Assembly: GCA_965603825.1 (NCBI GenBank)
Contig: CBFDEM010000055.1
Coordinates: forward strand, 248,001-312,000
From: Blepharisma stoltei ATCC 30299
Lineage: Eukaryota > Protista > Ciliophora
Direction: 5' to 3'
DNA: 64,000 bases
The notes beneath the pieces were generated by a model. That model was not told where the DNA came from and searched no databases. It was given only the letters and a program-made list of their open reading frames with translations. The position numbers were made by a program, and so were the translations under genes. This document shows, in pieces, positions 12,541 through 24,687 of the stretch; position 1 is the stretch's first letter, and each line of letters opens with the position of its first letter.

Positions 12541-12565
12541 ATTAACTTATAATTAAATACATAAA

Positions 12566-14347
12566 ATGGCTTCAATCCGGTGCTTTGATCTAAAATGTGA
12601 TCGTGAAATTCAATATGCTTGCAAATGCTCATCTCCCCAAACTTATTCCTGCGAAATGCATTTCGGTATCCATCTTAAGTTGCCTAATAGAAATCATGTC
12701 TTTGATTCTCTTTTCATAGATCCTTGTGAGGGAACTAAAGAAGCAATTCTTGAATTTCTTACAAAAGAAAGGAGAGAAAGAGAGAAACTAAAGGAAAAGT
12801 TTTTGTCTTCCTATAGCCAATATCTTTGCAATTCTGAATCCAGCCTTAAAAAGAGCTTAAAAAATCTGAATTCTGATTTAGCGACAATAAGTGAATTATC
12901 TCAAAAGATTTTTTATACCCAAAAAATATTGAAGGATGAGCAAGATCACGTTATAAATTTATTGACTTTGCAACCTGATAAAGCTATGGAAGATATTAAA
13001 GCAATGATTCCATCCAATCCAGAATCGTATAGTAGTGTTAATTTGTTTTGTGGATTAAGTGAAGAAATTGAGAAGATGTTTGAATGCTTCATTGATGAGA
13101 AATTTGAACATTTTTTTAATAAAAGACTCTCAAATATAGAAAATAAGCTTGAAGAGCATGATAAAATAATCAAGAATGAGATTCCTGAAGTCTATAATTC
13201 AATTTTCAGCTTAGCTGAAGAAAATAAGAAGACTAAAACAAAATTTGAAGAGTGAAACCAAGAAATTCAACTAAAAACTCAAAAGCAGGTCAAGTCTCTA
13301 GCTTCTCAGCTTAGCTCAACTCTAGAAGAGCTCAATAAAAAATTAAATGAAATAAAAAACAACCAAGACCAGTTCAACAAAAAGGTTAGTGATCAATTAT
13401 TAATTCCTCAAGAACTAAAATCGAAAAGGTCAGCAATTTTAAGCAAACCCAATGACCCAGAAACAGAGCAAGATTTCAGAAGAACTTGCTCATTATATGA
13501 GAATTCTTCTTGTGAAACAGCATTAATCCAAGCTTATCAGAAATATACCAATGCTTATCATCAGAAAACATCTCTTTATATCATTAAAAATGAAGACAAC
13601 AACAGAACTGATTTAGTTGTGTATGACACTGAATATGAAAAAGAAGAATTAAAATTATTGGATTATTTAGAGCCATTAGGCAGTGATATCTGTATTACTC
13701 AACTTCCTAAAGGCGAGTTATTCTGTTTTGGTGACTATCCACCATCTGGGGTTACTTTCATAATTGATGAGAATTTGAGAATCCAACGATTGCCATCTGG
13801 AACGCCTTGCTTTTATTCATCAGCTATATATTTCAATAAGTCTGTGTATTGCTTTGGAGGAATTGACAATGAAAATGCTCTTTCAGCTCTGTCCTGCAGG
13901 TTTGATTTTAACAGAAATCAGTGAATTAGTTTAACCCCAATCCCAGAAGCTGACTATAAGTGTAGTAGCATAGTTTTCAAAGGAAATATTATAATTTCTG
14001 GATTTGAAAATGAAAATATTTGGCGATATTCAATTGATAGCAACTCTTTTGCCACAATTCCTTCGGAGTTTGGAAAAAGCAAAAGAAAGATACTGATAAA
14101 TTCAGAGAGATTGTATTTGATTGAGTGTGAAGGATTTATTTACGAAAGTGAAGTTGGAGACGAGTATACTTGGAATCAAATCACAAGCTCAATAATTGAT
14201 TATTATGCTCCTTCTCAAGTTTATTGTTCATATAATAAAGGAGGAGTGTACATTGGGATTAGCTGGTCAGATCTTTCAGAAAAATTTTCGCACTGCTGTA
14301 GCTACTATAAATTTGATTTCAGTACAAAAGCTATGTTAAGACTCTAG
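12566..14347 (+). CDS. Cys/His (B-box-like) N-terminus, coiled coil and Kelch-like beta-propeller protein
   Basis: One frame through TGA 13253-13255 and 13922-13924 (594 codons). N-terminal C-x4-C...CxC...C-x2-H-x3-H; C-terminal LFCFG, VYCFGG...FDFNRNQ(W). Ends TAG. Confidence 0.75.
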
Positions 14348-14393
14348 TAAAATAATATTTAAAATCTAAATATAATTAAATACAATTAAACAA

Positions 14394-15980
14394 TTAATAT
14401 TTCCAAATTTTCTTTTTATGGGCTTTCTTCGTTTTGATTATTGTAGAATTGCTTTTAACAGGCTGCTCACAAAGACTATCTATTAAAGGATTGACATCAA
14501 AAGGCTCATCTTTTAAGATAACTGTTGGAGATTTTACATGTGTAAGAGCATATTGCAAAATAGAAGTTTTCGACATAGGAGTTTTCGGCTGCGAGACAGC
14601 ACTTGAAGGTCTTCGAATCTTAGGGCTTCTAGGTGAAAATTGTATATGAGCTGTATTAGGTCTTGACAGTTGATTTGATATAGGAGCTGTAACAGGCCTT
14701 GATTGCGGCATTATAGCTATAGAATTATCAGCCTGTTTTGAACTTATCCCTGAACTCGACCTTATTTTCCCCCTTGGAGTCCTCAAAGAATATTTTCTTG
14801 TAATCCCATTTTCAGCTGAAAATGGTCTAATAATTTGTTGAGATTTCTCAGGAAATAACATAAATGAAGGTATATACGAATTTATCTCTTTTCTGGTCAG
14901 ACTTTTCAGGAAATTCCTCTGTTCATTCTCAGATGGCATTAAATGGGACAAGCTATTCGCAGACTGCGGCCTCTTTGAATTTAACGAACTCGAAAAAGGA
15001 ATAAAAGAAAAAGAGCTTTGCTTGTGTTTTCTCACTGATGGTCTTCTATTTATAGAATCATCATAATCACCAAAAAGTTCCCCAATCAAATAATTAGAGC
15101 TCCTAAGAGAATTCGCTAAATTTAGTGTTTCTCTTACACTTTTTGTTAATTCTTGATCTTTTAGTAATGCAGCTAGTCCTTCTATCCCTTCTTTATTCTG
15201 TACATTTTTATTGAAAAGCTCTGGCCTTTTATCGGAATCTATAAAGAAAACATTGGTTGAATTGATATTAAAACCTAGCACTCTTTCTAATCTCTGATCT
15301 GGATCTGGGCTTGTAATAAGGCTTTCTAGTGCATAAGTTCCAGTTTTTGGATCTTTTTCTAAGCACCACGCAAACCTATTAGATAATTTTTCATTTATAA
15401 GTGTGTCTCTATCTAACGTACTTGCAGCTAAAAAGAAATATTCATTAGCACACAGCAAGTTCTCGTTGCGAAAGCTTTTTTTATTAAAATTTATCCACAT
15501 CTCTATTAGTCTTCTTGGCAAAAACCGAGAAATGTTAATAAAGCTTTGAAATATAGCCTTGAGTTCTAATTTTATACCATTAGGATGGAAATCAGAATCT
15601 ATCCTCATATAAGCTAAAAACACCTTTTTAAATATCTCGATTCTAATTGATAATTACGATAATTTCCTTTTGCAATATATATACAGTCCAGCTTTTATCA
15701 TTCTGATGTTGCTTGTCGTATCATATCCATTCGCTAAATTCCTTATGTTTCTTCAAAATTCAGGATCATCAAGAACCCTGAAAATCATTTGTATATCAAT
15801 ATTATGTGTTTCGTGGGTAAGCAAAGCTAGCATTTCTAAAAGTTTTGGCAGAAAAACGGATAACTAAATAGATTTCACTTTAAGTGCATCTATTAAGCTT
15901 GTTAAATCTTCAATGTTTACAATTGCTTCCATGCGTGGAGGGTGGACTATACAGAATAAGTAAAATTTTTCTTCATCCAT
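14394..15980 (-). CDS. Hypothetical protein with RPxSA/RPxTA low-complexity C-terminus; introns 15864-15878 and 15643-15657
   Basis: ATG 15980 (MDEEKFYLFCIVHPP). Two 15-nt introns remove in-frame stops, one TGA=Trp, and the frame joins track ORF 14394-15623. Confidence 0.7.
15643..15657 (-). other. 15-nt intron (gtaattatcaattag)
   Basis: GT..AG, in-frame TAA, A at -6. Confidence 0.8.
15864..15878 (-). other. 15-nt intron (gtgaaatctatttag)
   Basis: GT..AG, in-frame TAG, A at -6. Confidence 0.75.
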
Positions 15981-16159
15981 TTTAATTTTTTATTTTAAAT
16001 TAGTTTTGTAAAAAATTCATAGTCTATAATATAAGATCTATGCATTTTCAATGATATTTAAGAGAAAATTTGGAAACTGGCTCATCTATTTTAGATTATA
16101 ACGATGAATTCATATAAATAAATAGTCTATTTCTTTAAATATATTTAAGGAAAATGTTA

Positions 16160-17038
16160 TTATCTAAGACCTTTCAAAAGAAAACAAAGATTTGGGGTAA
16201 ATTCAACGTTGTTGATTATTGGCTCTTCTTTGTGTGTAATCCTGCTAGTTTTAGCACTAAAGCTACTATCAAAACTCACGTCTAAATTTCAGCTTTTATT
16301 TAAAATATTTTCTTTTGATAGAAGATTTTTATTATTCCGGTTTGGCGATTTTGCGATTTCTTTTCTTGGGGTAATGCTTCGGTTTTGTTGAGTTAAAACT
16401 GCAGGAGCTTCTTCTTTTTTACGTAAATCGTATAGTCTTTCATATATTGGCGTTGTGCTTCTATTTGCAGTCATTATTCTCGACTTTTTGGAAATCGCAG
16501 GCTTTTCTCTTCTATTGGCTTGGATTTCTTCTTCAACCTGCTTTGCAAGGTTCGCTTGATCTTTTAGTTTTTTCTTCTGCCAGTTATAAGCATGTTCTGC
16601 AAATTCTGCTGGATTTCTTCTTATTTTGTTTCCGGTATTCGGCTTAAAAGTGCACTCTGATTCCTCCATTTCTCTTTTCTTTTTGTCTTCAGCTAATTTT
16701 TTGGCTTTTAAGTCTTCTTCTTTTTTCTTAATAATATCATCAACCCTCTTATAGATTGGGATATAATTTTCTGCATACTCTTCAGACTTTTTATTTATTT
16801 TTGGCCTTGTTTGGATAGGACTTTTCTCTTCTATCTCTTTCCTTATTTGCGGTTTCTCAACAGCTGGTTTTGAACAGCTGTTGGGCTTATTTTTCGCTAT
16901 TTTCATACTAGTATTCTCATTTAGAGAATACTGTGACAGCATATTATGCATCGCGGAATCAATGACATCATCATCCGGTATCCCCAAGTTCTCTTTCAAA
17001 AGTTGAGTAAATCTTGTAAGATTGCTGAAATTGTCCAT
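16160..17038 (-). CDS. Hypothetical coiled-coil protein with ECTFKP / IYERLY motifs (cytoskeletal-type repeats)
   Basis: Track ORF extends through TGA 16289-16291 to TAA 16160-16162. Confidence 0.7.
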
Positions 17039-17104
17039 TTATACGATTGTTAATTTTACAGTTAATCATCTCTTCATGAAATCTAGTTAATTTATTAAAC
17101 CGTT

Positions 17105-17764
17105 ATGAAGACTTCAGCTCCTGCATGGAGTATTTTTGGACGAAAATCTTATAAGCACACAGAAGCTGTCCCTGGGCCTGGCGCATATAATCCTACATCA
17201 TATGTACTTGATATGGGACCTAATTTTGGATTTGGAAGATCTGCAAGACCTGCGCTGGTAGGAAAACAAGGCTCGCCTGGGCCAGGCTCTTATATGCCTA
17301 GAGCTGTTACACCTAGTGCAAGACGACCAATGTAATTATTATGCAGATTTGGCAGGTCAAATAGGCTGCCTCTTAATGGGATGAGCGACACTCCAGGCCC
17401 AGGAAGCTATGAAGTCCGACCTAAAAGTGAAGGACCGTCTTACAGCTTATATGGAAGAGTTAGGAAAGAAAAACGTGATAATTCGCCAGGTCCTGGACAT
17501 TATAATCCAAAGTTATCGACTGTCGACAATTTGCCAGCACCTAGGATGGGGACTGCCAAAAGAGGAGGGGAAATCACATATTCCACATTTCCTGGGCCAG
17601 GGTCCTATCCTATGAGAAGCACTTTAGAAGGCCCGAAATGGGGACTTGGCTCAGGCGGACGAAGTAATATGAAGCCACAAAACACACCAGGGCCTGGGTC
17701 ATATGAGCTAAAATCGACGATTTCGAATCTCCCTTCGTATTCTCAGTCAAGCGTCCATAATTAA
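17105..17764 (+). CDS. SHIPPO/ODF3-type PGPGxY repeat ciliary protein; intron 17332-17346
   Basis: Six PGPG(A/S/H)Y repeats. A 15-nt intron joins the two track ORFs. Confidence 0.88.
17332..17346 (+). other. 15-nt intron (gtaattattatgcag)
   Basis: GT..AG, in-frame TAA, A at -6. Confidence 0.88.
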
Positions 17765-17790
17765 TTTTGATATTTAACCATTAACTATCA

Positions 17791-20700
17791 TTAAAGTTCA
17801 AATTCTTCATCTTCAGTTTCTGATGCAATGATCATTTCTGCAGAGGGCATTAATTTAGCTTTTTTACCTTTGTCTCTTGCTTGATTGTTTCCTTTTCTTT
17901 TACGAGCGCCGAATGGATTTTTGAAATCTGAAGAGTCACTAGTGGTTTCTGTGACTTCTTCAATCGTCTCTTTGCTTGCTTCTTTAGTAGGCTTAAGTTT
18001 AACAGGTTTTACTTTGCTTTCGTCGTCTGATTGTGTGATAATTTTAGTTGGAGGCTTGCTTACAGGCGGTTTATTTTCTTTATTAGCTGCTTTGGGGGCT
18101 CTTTTTGTAGTTTTTTTTCCTTTTCCTCTTGCAGCCGGGTTTTTATTTCTTTCCCTTTCTTCAGTTTCCCATTCTTCTTCAATAGCTTTCTTCAGCTCAT
18201 CCAAGTCTTGGTTCCACATATCATAAATACTCGTATTTTTCAAGACTTCTAGCTCATGGATCTTATCTTGTTCCTCTCTTTTAAGCTGTTCTACCTTTTC
18301 ATGTGTAAGTGACCATAGTGGCATTGATAATAAATAATCATACTCCTTTGCTTTGATTGCTCCTGCATCAGATTCTTCTTGATCATTTTCTTGGACTTCT
18401 TTATCTGATTGGTGTATTTGTGGGCTTGTAAACATTTTGTCTAATTCTGACTTTGTGGTAAAGCCTTTTCTCCTAAGCTCAGCTACAAGGACAGTTTTTT
18501 GTTTTTTATTGATGACTAGCTCATTGTTAATAACCATTAAAATAAATCTGACTTTATTAGAAATCATTGCGACTTCTACACTGAGCTTGTCTACTAAGAA
18601 TGCTTTTCTTTTATTGTAGAAATATTCACGAATGAGGTAATGCTCTTCCATGATTTCATTTATCCCTTGGTATTTTTTTATTTTACGTTCACTATTAAAT
18701 AGGACGAGGTTGCTTAAAGAGAGAGTGGTTTGGAGTTTAAAAGTTTTCATGATTTCGGAGTCTGTAAGGTTGTTAAGGGTAGGGACTTCTATGTGGAAAT
18801 CAACACGATTTTCGGTATGATATTCTTTTATGTCAGTAACTATGGGGTTTTCAAGCTGTGCTAGATCTTCAAGGAATTTTTTGTAGTCTGTAGTCCATTT
18901 TTTGATGGGGAGCTCTGTGATTCTTAAAATGTTGCCATTAAGTCTTTCAAAGACACCTTTGACCTCATAGCCACCTCCTGATCTGTCCATCCATTCTAAA
19001 GTCCCTGTATATCCTTTAAACCAAGGAGCTAAGTCTATACTATCAAATGATTGTCCGTTGATTCTATCTCTATAAGCTTGGATCAGCTCTATAGGGTTAT
19101 AAGGTGGGACATTAGTGCTCCAGCCAGTTCCAATCCCTTCTGCTCCATTTATTAATGCAAGTGGTATTACAGGCACGTACCAATGAGGCTCAATTCGTTG
19201 GCCTTCTTCTTCTTGATAATCCAATAAATAATCGTCTTCTAATATAAACATTTTTCTAGTTACTTGGGAAAGATTTGTAAAAATATATCTTGGGCTTGCC
19301 ATATCTTTTCCTCCTAAAATTCTGGTTCCGAACTGACCGATAGGTAGCAATAAATTTATGTTATTTGAGCCTACGAAATTTTGGGCTAAGCCTACTATTG
19401 TGGTAGCTAAAGATTGCTCGCCATGGTGATATGCAGAGTGCTCTCCTACATATCCAGATAGCTGAGCGACCTTTATGTCTGCTTTTAGTTTTCGTTTAAA
19501 GCAGGAAAAAATAATTTTTCTTTGTCCAGGCTTTAATCCATCTACAATGCTAGGAATTGATCTAATATTATCATAGTTCGAGAACAAAATCAATTCTTTA
19601 TTGATAAAATCAGATACTGTGATCTGAGGCTCGCTCATATCAAGAAAAGTATCAGGCTCCAAAGCTGCTAGCCACCTTTTTCGGTCATCTGCTCTTTTCT
19701 TATTGAAAGCCATATCAATAGAATCCCCATCATGCTCTTCATTATCATACAGAAACTCAATCCTATGCCTCTGAATATTTTCAAAATATTCACGGGCTTC
19801 TTTATTTGTCGATGTTCCCAAGCCTTTGTAGTATTTAATATTCCAAGCCTTCCTGTCTTCAGCTTTGCTCCAGGCTTCATATTCATGTAGCGTATAAAAT
19901 GAGATACTTTGCTGGCCTTTTGTTGCTTTTACAATAGGAGTAATGAATTCTTTGACAAATCCTGTAGTTTTTAATAGGCCAGGCCAAAAGAAATGGATTA
20001 AATTGATGATAAGTCCTTTAATGTGAGAGCCATCAAGATCTTGATCAGCCATAATCATAATACACCCATATCGAAGCTCGCTTAAGTCAGCGTATTCTTT
20101 TTTCGGCTGTAGTCCTACAATTTTCATGATGTTTTGTATTTCTTCGTTAGCCATCAGTTGTTTGTGAGAAGCTTCTCTTACGTTTAAAAGCTTTCCTTTT
20201 AATGGGAAAGCTCCGAATTTATCTCTTCCTACAACTTCAATTCCTGCAATTGCCATAGTTTTGGCACTGTCTCCTTCTGTTAAGATCAATGTGCATTCTT
20301 TGCTGTTCCTGCTTCCTGCTAAGTTTGCGTCTTCTAGCTTATTTAAATAAATTTTTTCATTTTTCTTTGATTTTACCTTTTTGCCGAGCTGGGCTTCTGT
20401 TTTTGCTTTAGCAAAAGCTACGACATGATCAATAATACCACAGTTTACGACTTCTTTTATGAATTTTTCGCTTAACTCACATTTGGAACCGAATGCAGAT
20501 GGCTTTAAAGTCATTGTTTCTTTTGTTTGGGAGTCAAAACAAGGGTTTTCAATTAAGCAATTCACAAAAATCCATAAATGCTGCTTGATTTGGTTATTTT
20601 TAACTTCAAGCTTCTTAAATTTTTTTTGAACAGCCCCTGAAATAGCATTTATAAGCTGGTCAGCCACATGAGTGACATGGGTTCCTCCTTTGGATGTGCA

Positions 20701-21591
20701 AATTGAGTTCACAAAGGAAACCTGTTGAAAAACGCCTTCACTTATAGAAACTCCGACTTCCCACCTTTCTCCAGGGATTTCAAAACTTTTTGGCATTGTT
20801 GAGTCTTTTATATAAAGGTCAATATAATCTTTGAAATTTTTTATTGGAATTTCTTTTTTATTTAAAAAGACTTTTACAGATTTTCCAGTCGAGCCAGCCA
20901 TGTCATAAACTCTTTTAGTCATAAGGTCGAGGATGTCTTTATTTAGTGAAGCCATGCCAAATCTTTCTAAATCTGGGTAAAAAGTAATGCAGGTATAATC
21001 CTCAGATTTTTTGAGTTTTGTAATTACAGGCTCTGATTTTTTGCTCATATTGCAGGTTCATTCCATAGTGAATTTTTGCATTCTTTCCGAGTCAGCAGTT
21101 TCTACTATGAATTTTTTAGAAAAAACGTTTGCAAGCTTGGCGCCATACCCATTTCGTCCGCCTGTGGTTTTTTTCTTGGTGTCATCATAGTTACTTGACG
21201 TCAAAAGCTGACCAAAAATGAGTTCTGGGACGTAAATTCCGTATTCTTGGTGGATTGCGGTTGGAATTCCTCGGCCATTGTTTCATACAGAAATCATCCC
21301 TCTTTCAGGATCTAAGGTAACTTCAATTTTATTCATCCTTTTGTCGCGTTGATAGTTGTCTGCTGCATTCACCAATATTTCATCGAATATTTTATAGAGG
21401 CCTGGGACATATTGAATTTGTCGAAAGACCATGGTTTGTTGATCAGAATCCCAAACCCACAGCTTGTTGTCTTGCATTTCGATGGAGCCAACATATGTAT
21501 CTGGACGAAGCAAAATGTGCTCTAGTGGCGTTTTCTTTTGATAGATCTGCTCAATTGTGCTATTTCCTGAATCGCTTTCGTTGCCCGCCAT
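17791..21591 (-). CDS. TOP2: DNA topoisomerase II
   Basis: YQKKTPLEHILLRPDTYVGS, FDEILVNAADN, ISV(TGA 21283-21285)NNGRGIP, TGGRNGYGAKL, E(TGA 21058-21060)TCNM, TEGDSA, PLKGKLLNV, DQDLDGSHI, YYKGLGTS, ASPRY; 1267 codons. Confidence 0.97.
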
Positions 21592-22090
21592 TTAAGATTT
21601 TAGTTTTAGAATAATTTGCATATTTATTTGTAAAACTCTTTTCAAAAATCGCAACACTATATTAATTATTTACTTTAAATTTATTATCCGCATCTAATGC
21701 TAAGCTTGATTCGCGCATTTTTCTTCTTCGTAGTCTTATAAGGAAAAATATTTGATTATGAAATTAAAAGTGTACATTTCATTTGAAGGAGATGAAATAA
21801 CTGGGATAATTTTTGAGTTAAGCCTTTTATCTTTTTCAATAGAATCTTTTTTGCCTTCTTTGGGTTCTTCTTGCTCAAATTTTATTTCTTCTTTGATCTA
21901 TTGTTTTTCTGTAGTAAGAGTAGCAATACTTAAAGCAATATAAATAATTTCAAATTTTCATTATATATGAGTAATTAAAGTTTATTAAAAAAAATTTAAA
22001 CTAATGCAAGCTTTCTCCTGAGTAAATTAAAATAAATTATTCATATTCGTGAAGATTATTTTTAAATTTTGTACCTGAGCTAATAAAGGC

Positions 22091-22570
22091 CTAAATCACG
22101 GCAGTGAAATAGTTTGTTTCATTTTCCCAGGTCATATTAGCACCAAAACCATCGCAAAAAATAAAAGCTCTTTCTTGATGGGAAAAAAGGATTTTATATT
22201 TCATGTATAGTAGATCAAATATAGGTGAATGAGTGTTTCTTCTAATTGAATAAGAATATAGAGCACTTAACTCATATCCTGTAATCAGAATCTTGTTGCC
22301 AAAGATCTCTGCAGCCATATCTCCTGAAATATAGTTGAAGGGGGCTATCCTGGTCTATTTGTCAGACTGTAAGTCATATTTTCACACTCTTTATAAATTT
22401 TCTTGTGATTTAGAACACCTCCAAAAACATGGTTTAAGCATTCTTACTTTAATTGAATTCAAATCAATAATCACTATTTCTTTTCTTCCAAATGCTTTCC
22501 CATTGAGTCTTCCATATATAAAAAGTTGAGAATCTTCAACAATACAAGCCATTGCTCTTTCGTGCATACT
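22091..22570 (-). pseudogene. Kelch-like propeller gene remnant, copy 1
   Basis: AEIFGNKILITGY...LYSYSI resembles SIVFKGNIIISGF...IWRYSI of the 12566-14347 gene. It has an in-frame TAG and an ~48-bp deletion relative to copy 2. Confidence 0.65.
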
Positions 22571-22675
22571 GTAAACTAAATTTAGGAAAGTTAAAATTTT
22601 CGTAAAGGCTTATATTATATAGATTTATTATAATGAAAGTGTGACTAATTAAAAATAATTTATTTTATAATTAAT

Positions 22676-23398
22676 ATGTTAGGTAAAATTGTTTATCTAT
22701 CTGGAGCTTTACTGTTTTTAGGTTGTGTGATCTATTTTCCCTGCCAATATCTTATTTATTATCCATATTTCAACTTGCCATGGGAAGAATCAGAATGCAT
22801 TGTCAACTCAATAAGCAAGTCAACATTATTTTGATTTAAAGATAAATCTGGTAGCAAACATGAAATAGATTATACCTTAATTGATGTAAGTGTAAATGTT
22901 GATGGAAAATGGCTTCAAGGCTTTGGATGTGGGTGCTCAGAAGCATCAGCTTCCTCAGCGAAAGGATTGATTAATCAAGCTTATCCTTACCAATATACAT
23001 ATTGTCCAAAGTTTTCACAATGTGATGACATGATAATTATGCCAGCATGATATTGTTCGGATTGCAAAAGTTGTAAAGAATTTTTAAACGTAACACTGAT
23101 AAATTGCAAATATTTTCTAAAAAAAGGAAATGATATAATAAATGATGTTGATGAAATAAGCGAAAGTTATAAGATAAAATATCCAACAGTAGACTCGACT
23201 TATATTCAAGTTACTTTCAGGGAGCATGAATTCTACATTGAAAATGACTATATTGCAATGCAAATCATTGGTTTAGGAGTAATGATTATTTTGCCGGCAT
23301 CTATTTTGATTTTTATATTTTTAATTTTAGTTTGCAAGTATACAATTAGAAAATATAAAAACAGAAGAACCAAAGTGCAAGTTATTGTAAAGATGTAA
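22676..23398 (+). CDS. 240-aa protein with two TM segments and a Cys-rich loop, copy 1 (not in ORF track)
   Basis: ATG..TAA open for 241 codons when two TGAs are read as Trp. N-terminal TM (IVYLSGALLFLGCVIYFP) and C-terminal TM (IIGLGVMIILPASILIFIFLILVC) followed by a basic tail. Length is identical to copy 2. Confidence 0.85.
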
Positions 23399-23639
23399 CC
23401 TTTGCTTAAGTGACATTTTATATCCTTCCTTATAATTTCTATTATTTCTATTATTAAAATGTCAAAAACTTAAATAAAACGTTGCTGCTTTTTAATTATA
23501 AAATAATTTTTGATAATTTTCTATTAATAAGCAGTTCTGGCATGTCTTAATGTTTAGGAATCTCTTGTCATTTTGTGCTAATTTTCCATACCATTTTGAG
23601 TCTATTAATTTTTCAAGTTTATGTATTGCATAATGGGAT

Positions 23640-24014
23640 CTATACTTATCAATATGCGTAATTTCTCATGCAGCAGCATGATAATAATGCCTGCATCTTA
23701 TTGCTCTGATTCCAAAAACTTTTAAGAATTTTTAAGCAAGGCGCATATAAAATAGAGATGTTTTTGAAAAAAAGGAAATAGCATCATAAATGATGGAAAT
23801 GAAATAAGCGAACGCTATAATATAAAATATCCAGCGACTCAATTTATATTCAAGTATCTTTAGTGAGCATGATCTTAAAATTCAAATCGCTGCATTAAAT
23901 GTTATAATAATCCTGCAAGCGTCTACTTTGGCATCTATGTGCTTATGCTTAGTTTTCAAATACTCGATTAGAAAATATAAAAATAGAAGAGCCTTAAAAC
24001 AAGCTGGTATTTAG
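23640..24014 (+). pseudogene. Decayed 3' half of the 2-TM gene family (unit 1)
   Basis: Recognisable homology (catgataataatgcctgca, aaaggaaat, gaaataagcgaa, attagaaaatataaaaatagaaga) with stops and frameshifts. Confidence 0.7.
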
Positions 24015-24524
24015 CGACACTAGTTTTAAATACGAAATTTTTATTTTCCTTACAATTTTTATTATTAAAAATGCCGATAACTTATACTAAATGTTTCTTA
24101 TCTAAAGTCAAAATAATAATCTTTGACTAATTGAGACAAATTTTTAATATCTTTGCAAACGCTTCTAAAATATTTCATTTAATAATTTGTTAGTTAAAAA
24201 TCAATCCTTCCAGATTCTATTATTCTAAATATTTCACAAAACGCTTGTAATTTTTTTTCAAAATCAATAACTTTGATAATTTTCTCTACCGAAAAAATGT
24301 AATCTGAGCCTTTAAGATTTAAAATTATGAATTTAAAATATGAGTATTTATCTTAAAGATTAGCTAAATGGACAAATGATAATTATTTCTGAATCTATTC
24401 ACTTTAAAAATTGAATTTAAATAAATTTATTGATTAGATATATCTAAGATTAGCAGTTAATATATAAATAATTTTTTCTAATGATATCTTTTCTACTCAA
24501 TTTCTCCTTATTATAATATATTTT

Positions 24525-24578
24525 ATGGACATACCAAATTTAACACCTTATCCAAGCATTATAAATTCCATGTTTTAA
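24525..24578 (+). pseudogene. Truncated Myb 5' stub at the duplication breakpoint (MDIPNLTPYP + 7 aa)
   Basis: 24525-24555 is identical to 26931-26961, then the sequence switches to the start of the repeat unit. Confidence 0.8.
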
Positions 24579-24687
24579 TTATATATTAGTAATTAATGTT
24601 TATTAAAGAAAATTTTAAATTAATGCAAGCTTTCTCCTAAGTAAATTAAAATAAAATTTATTTTATTTTATCTGAGCTAAAAAGGCC

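Larger units (their letters stand above)
21933..24555. repeat. Tandem segmental duplication, unit 1 (~2.6 kb)
   Basis: Colinear with ~24554-26961: Kelch-like pseudogene, intact 2-TM gene, decayed 2-TM copy, Myb upstream region and first ~10 Myb codons. Boundaries are approximate. Confidence 0.88.
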
